Source of the DNA: Patescibacteria group bacterium
Lineage (GTDB): Bacteria > Patescibacteriota > Minisyncoccia > Minisyncoccales > Staskawiczbacteraceae
DNA: 64,000 nt
Assembly: GCA_018829965.1 (NCBI GenBank)
Contig: JAHJTG010000016.1
Location: 29,537-93,536, forward strand
Reading direction: 5' to 3'
In this document: piece by piece, positions 60,378 to 64,000 of the stretch
How the letters are laid out: each line of letters begins with the position of its first letter
Numbering within the stretch: position 1 is the stretch's first letter
The notes under the pieces: generated by a model
Databases searched by the model: none
Seen by the model: the letters and a program-made list of their open reading frames with translations, nothing else
Told to the model about the DNA's origin: nothing
Program-made: the position numbers and the translations under genes

Positions 60378-60462
60378 AGGTTTTATTTATTGAAAATATT
60401 TTTTAAATTAATAAACTTTATTATTTTTATTATACATTAAAACCTACTTGCAAAAAAGGATG

Positions 60463-61386
60463 TCAAATTGTGAATAACTTTTTTACCGGATAAAAAGACT
60501 TCCTATGTATGGGACAAGACCCGAATTTTTTCAGCATTTTTATATGTAGTTTCGTCGGATATCCTTTGTGCTTATCAAATCTGTATTGGGGATATTTTTT
60601 ATGAAACCTTTCCATTATTCTATCGCGACTGACTTTAGCGATAATACTAGCTGCTGAAATTGAAATAACTTTTTGGTCGCCCTTAATAATACTTTTTTGT
60701 GACAAACCTATATTCAACCTAAAATTTCCGTCAATCAACAAATAATCTATATTTTTGAACTTTGGATTTAGAATTTGCTCCGACTTTGTTCCGACCTTGT
60801 CGAGAATGCTCGACTTTGTCGGCATCGAGAGTCCTCGACGATGTCGGGATTTAGAGTTTAGTATTTTGGATTTAGAATTTAAATTAGCGACGGCCTTAAT
60901 CATTGCTAATTTTGTCGCTTCTAAAATATTAATTTCGTCAATGATTTTTTCCGAGACCTTTCCTATCCCCCATTTGATGTTTGGGTGAGTAGTAATAACA
61001 TCGTAAAATTGCTCTCGTTTTTTAGGTGAAAGTTGTTTTGAATCTTTGATGCCAGAAATCCAAAACCCTAAATTAGAAATCCCAAACAAATCCAAATTAC
61101 TAAATTCTAAATTCAAAATGCGTTTAGACTTTTGAGTTTTTGAATTTTGAACTTGCTCCGACTTTGTTCCGACCTTGTCGAGAATGCTCGACTTTGTCGG
61201 CATCGAGAGTCCTCGATTATATCGGGATTTAGGATTTAGGATTTTGGATTTAGGATTTTTCAGCATTACTGCTGCTGCAACCACCGGTCCCGCGAGCGGT
61301 CCGCGACCTGCCTCGTCTAATCCAACAACCGCTTTACATTCTTTCTTCCACAATTTTTTTTCTTCATTAAAATTAGGATATTTCAT
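60463..61386 (-). CDS. rnhB: ribonuclease HII carrying two in-frame copies of a composite repeat
   Basis: GLDEAGRGPLAGPVVAAAV, IKDSKQLSPKKRE, LLIDG, AASIIAKVSRD, HKGYPT, HRKSF. Extra segments at residues 43-112 and 170-212. Confidence 0.9.
   Translation of the reverse strand: MKYPNFNEEKKLWKKECKAVVGLDEAGRGPLAGPVVAAAVMLKNPKSKILNPKSRYNRGLSMPTKSSILDKVGTKSEQVQNSKTQKSKRILNLEFSNLDLFGISNLGFWISGIKDSKQLSPKKREQFYDVITTHPNIKWGIGKVSEKIIDEINILEATKLAMIKAVANLNSKSKILNSKSRHRRGLSMPTKSSILDKVGTKSEQILNPKFKNIDYLLIDGNFRLNIGLSQKSIIKGDQKVISISAASIIAKVSRDRIMERFHKKYPQYRFDKHKGYPTKLHIKMLKKFGSCPIHRKSFYPVKKLFTI
60751..60879 (-). repeat. composite heptamer-arm plus GC-core repeat, copy 2 inside rnhB
   Basis: ggatttagaatttgctccgactttgttccgaccttgtcgagaatgctcgactttgtcggcatcgagagtcctcgacgatgtcgggatttagagtttag... 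Translated NSKSKILNSKSRHRRGLSMPTKSSILDKVGTKSEQILNPKFKN. Confidence 0.85.
61051..61260 (-). repeat. composite heptamer-arm plus GC-core repeat, copy 1 inside rnhB
   Basis: The same approx. 105-nt core as 60776-60880 (few mismatches) plus an additional heptamer arm at 61060-61140. Translated KNPKSKILNPKSRYNRGLSMPTKSSILDKVGTKSEQ... Confidence 0.85.
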
Positions 61387-61417
61387 AAAATAGAATAATA
61401 ATATATAAAAATACCCT

Positions 61418-61451
61418 CCGTGAAAATCACGCTATAGCGTGATTTTCACGG
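61418..61451. promoter_or_regulatory. 34-bp perfect palindrome upstream of rnhB (operator-like)
   Basis: ccgtgaaaatcacgctatagcgtgattttcacgg. About 45 bp including the flank is identical to 62022-62070. Confidence 0.6.
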
Positions 61452-61459
61452 ATACGTCA

Positions 61460-61999
61460 CTATATCAATTTAAAAACTTTTTCGAAATAATTTTCATTAT
61501 CAATCGACTCTAAAATACCGAAACGAACATACTTATTTAAATTAAAAAATTTAACTAAAAGTCCTATTTCTTTTTTACATTCATAGGGAGTTATAAAAAT
61601 ACTCTTCTGCAATTTACAAAATCCTATTTTCTTTAATTTTTGGCGAAGCGCGTCTCTTCCTCTTTTATATTTTTCTGGAATATCAAAGGCAACTATTCTC
61701 CATTTCCCATCCCATTTCCCTTTTTTGTTTTTTAAATTATCAAGCTGATAATTTAATGCTTTTAATTCACCTTTTTTTGTTAACAATATTTCTATTAAGC
61801 CGTTTTCTTTTTTGTTTTTTTCTATAAACTTAAAGCGATAGAGATCGCTTATTTCTCTTTTTAATTCTTTTTGGTTTATTTTCTTCCATTCTTTAGAAAC
61901 CGTTCTTAATATTTTTAACTGCTTACCATGCGTATAACTACAACCAAAAGCTATCCCGCCCAATAAAAGTAATAATATTTTTTCTTTTACTGTATTCAT
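61460..61999 (-). CDS. PaaX-like regulator-family protein (winged-helix N-terminus, Cas2/VapD-like C-terminal fold)
   Basis: C-terminal WDGKWRIVAFDIPEKYKRGRDALRQKLKKIGFCKLQKSIFITPY matches my recollection of the PaaX C-terminal domain. Confidence 0.5.
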   Translation of the reverse strand: MNTVKEKILLLLLGGIAFGCSYTHGKQLKILRTVSKEWKKINQKELKREISDLYRFKFIEKNKKENGLIEILLTKKGELKALNYQLDNLKNKKGKWDGKWRIVAFDIPEKYKRGRDALRQKLKKIGFCKLQKSIFITPYECKKEIGLLVKFFNLNKYVRFGILESIDNENYFEKVFKLI

Positions 62000-62028
62000 T
62001 ATTTTGTTATATCACAAAAACATAAAAT

Positions 62029-62076
62029 ATACCCTCCGTGAAAATCACGCTATAGCGTGATTTTCACGGAGGGTAT
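62029..62076. promoter_or_regulatory. 48-bp perfect palindrome upstream of the PaaX-like gene (operator-like)
   Basis: ataccctccgtgaaaatcacgctatagcgtgattttcacggagggtat. Confidence 0.6.
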
Positions 62077-62523
62077 ATAAACGATAATAAATAAACAATA
62101 AAAAAATGAAAACGATATCCTCCCCGCACCCCTATGGGTCGGTTTTCCTGTAGGGGAATAAAAAAAATCGCTCGTTTGTCTATGAGACAATAAACGAGCG
62201 ATATCTGGAACCCCTACCTTTCAGGAGGAAAGGGGTTGACAATAAAATCGGGAGATAAACAGCAAAACAAGCTAAAGGAATAAAAATATGGATGATTGAA
62301 CGAGCAGTCGCACCCGGTGAAGAAATGCAAACTGCTCGCAGGAGGAGGAAGAAGAAGATTTCGGTTTTTATCAGATTGTTAGATATTCAGAATATCTTTT
62401 AATTTAATTGTCCAAAGAACAATTAATTAATTATTATATCATAATAAAAAATACCAGCCTGTCCGTCAATAGCATGTTATCCCCCTGCTTGCTTCAGATA
62501 TTTTAATGAGTTAGAATATCAAT

Positions 62524-62687
62524 AAACCCGTTGCGTAATAATTAATCTACTGCAAATTGAATCTTTCGGCTACAAAATCATAAAATCTCCTCGTCTTATC
62601 CATTTCATTGATAAAACTCGTCGCTTTTCTGATTTTTCGCCCGCAAATCTTCAATTTTCGTAACGAAAATTATTACGCAACGGGTTT
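62524..62687. repeat. perfect 20-bp inverted repeats enclosing 124 bp (MITE-like or long hairpin)
   Basis: aaacccgttgcgtaataatt (62524-62543) and aattattacgcaacgggttt (62668-62687). Confidence 0.8.
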
Positions 62688-62773
62688 AATTACAATGAAA
62701 TTTTCTCACCTCTTCACCCCCACACCAGAAGTTTTTGAAAAAACTTTGGTGTGGGGGCAAGCGTCCACCCTTT

Positions 62774-64000
62774 ATGACAAAATTCACACACTTACATGTT
62801 CACACCCACTATTCCCTATTAGATGGTCTGCCTAAAATTGATGAGCTTTTAAATTATACGAAAAAATTAGGGATGGATTCTATAGCTCTTACCGACCATG
62901 GTGTTCTTTACGGTGCAGTTGAGTTTTATAAAAAGGCAAAGGAGATTGGAATAAAACCAATAATTGGCTGTGAGCTCTACCAATCATATGAAGGAATGAC
63001 CCAAAAGAGACCGAATATTGATTCAAAAAGATATCATTTGATTCTTTTGGTAAAAAACGAAGAAGGTTATAAAAATTTAGTTAAATTAGTTACAAAAGCC
63101 CAATTAGAGGGCTTTTATTATAAACCAAGAATTGACGAAGATTTGCTGGCGCAACACTCAAAAGGCTTAATCTGTCTTTCTGCCTGCTTGCAGGGAAAAA
63201 TTCCTCAATTGATTTTGGCAAACAGATTAGAAGATGCAAAAAAACAGGCCTTAAAATATCAGGAAATTTTTAGCAAAGATAATTTTTATCTTGAGATACA
63301 ACATCATCAAAACATTCCAGAACAGGAAAAAATAAATAAAAATTTAATAATTTTTTCAAAAGAATTAAATATTCCTTTAGTGGCAACTAACGACAGCCAT
63401 TATTTAAAACCTGAAGACACTGAAGTCCAAGATGTTTTGATGTTAATTAACACTGGGGCTGATTCCAACGACCCCGAAAGATTAACAATGAAAGATAATA
63501 ACTTCAGCCTAAGAAAGCCGGAGGAAATGGCAGAATTGTTTAAAGAAACTCCGGAAGCCATAGAAAATACTCAAAAAATTGCTGAATCTTGTAATTTTCA
63601 GTTTGAACTCGGAAAAACAAAACTTCCTACTTTCCAAGTTCCGGATGGCAAAACCGCGGAACAATATTTAGAGGAGCTTTGCTATAAAGGAATTCCTGCC
63701 AGATACGGAGAAAATCTCCCGATAAATTCAGAAAATTTATCGAGGACTCACGATAGCTCTACTATCGGAGCAGACCCGAAAGTAATTGAAAGATTAAACT
63801 ATGAACTTTCTGTTATTAAAAAAACTGGTTTTGCCGGATATTTTTTGATTGTCCAAGATTTTGTTAATTGGGCGAAGTCAAACAGAATTGTTGTAGGACC
63901 CGGCAGAGGTTCGGCCGGCGGGTCTTTAGTAGCTTATTTAACTAATATCACCAATGTTGACCCATTAAAACACAATCTCCTTTTTGAAAGATTTTTAAAT
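62774..64000 (+). CDS. dnaE: DNA polymerase III alpha subunit, N-terminal PHP domain (3' end beyond the window)
   Basis: Own translation from ATG 62774: [67 protein letters not shown]... Open in frame to 64000 (...GPGRGSAAGSLVAY). Confidence 0.93.
   Translation, partial: MTKFTHLHVHTHYSLLDGLPKIDELLNYTKKLGMDSIALTDHGVLYGAVEFYKKAKEIGIKPIIGCELYQSYEGMTQKRPNIDSKRYHLILLVKNEEGYKNLVKLVTKAQLEGFYYKPRIDEDLLAQHSKGLICLSACLQGKIPQLILANRLEDAKKQALKYQEIFSKDNFYLEIQHHQNIPEQEKINKNLIIFSKELNIPLVATNDSHYLKPEDTEVQDVLMLINTGADSNDPERLTMKDNNFSLRKPEEMAELFKETPEAIENTQKIAESCNFQFELGKTKLPTFQVPDGKTAEQYLEELCYKGIPARYGENLPINSENLSRTHDSSTIGADPKVIERLNYELSVIKKTGFAGYFLIVQDFVNWAKSNRIVVGPGRGSAGGSLVAYLTNITNVDPLKHNLLFERFLN

Noticed and set aside
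62077-62773. RNase P RNA, tmRNA or SRP RNA in the long non-coding gap
   Set aside because: Hand checks found no GAGGAAAGUCC (only GAGGAAAGGGG), no tmRNA tRNA-like 3' end (GGTTCGAnTCC...CCA), and no SRP domain-IV GGAA/AGCA motif. The region is left as unclassified.
62608-62835. Track ORF 62608-62835 (+)
   Set aside because: It lies out of frame with dnaE and overlaps its start. It begins inside the 20-bp inverted-repeat element and has no recognisable features.

Overview
AT-rich, very compact bacterial segment read with the standard genetic code (TGA is used as a stop, e.g. at rnc). About 80% of it is coded on the minus strand. The backbone is housekeeping. It holds a MacAB-like efflux set, prmC, rlmE, rplU, rmuC, a DEAD-box helicase, an ABC-F ATPase, and a Pif1 / Cas4-like nuclease / UvrD-nuclease trio. 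It also holds a short dcw cluster (mraZ-rsmH-ftsL-ftsI), a Clp-type ATPase, rplJ-rplL, mltG, pcm, rpmG, rpsP-KH-trmD, rnc, nusB, rpmF, rnhB and the 5' end of dnaE. Five tRNAs are present: Glu-CUC, Val-CAC, Trp-CCA, Thr-GGU and Tyr-GUA. Accessory parts are a type II R-M pair plus MazG-like and NYN genes, a surface-glycosylation island on the plus strand (46.2-57.3 kb; three GT2 enzymes, three GT-C-like membrane proteins, one CE4 deacetylase), and a run of Cys-rich exported proteins next to a thioredoxin-fold protein. The gene set and style (ribosomal proteins with low-complexity extensions, no rimM, weak or absent Shine-Dalgarno sequences, a LAGLIDADG ORF) look like a reduced Patescibacteria/CPR-type genome. 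That assignment is inference only. Three signals stand out. (1) tRNA-Thr(GGU) is split by a 195-nt sequence that folds by hand into a complete group I intron, and a free-standing LAGLIDADG endonuclease ORF ends inside the tRNA 5' end. (2) There is an unusually dense population of structured repeat families. One superfamily has conserved asymmetric termini CGCTCGG...CCTCGCT and copy-specific compensating stems, and its copies sit exactly against start or stop codons. A MITE family has 15-17 bp TIRs and 5-bp target duplications, and one copy has split the rlmE start codon from its promoter. Further families are inverted heptamer arrays and several GC-rich palindromes. (3) Many of these elements are inserted in frame inside conserved enzymes (prmC, rsmH, rnhB twice, trmD, nth-like, UvrD-like, DEAD-box, Clp, S16), reminiscent of Rickettsia palindromic elements. 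No CRISPR array, rRNA, transposase or integrase was seen. All calls come from reading the sequence and the ORF track by eye. Repeat boundaries are approximate (about +/-5 nt), and no database search was run.
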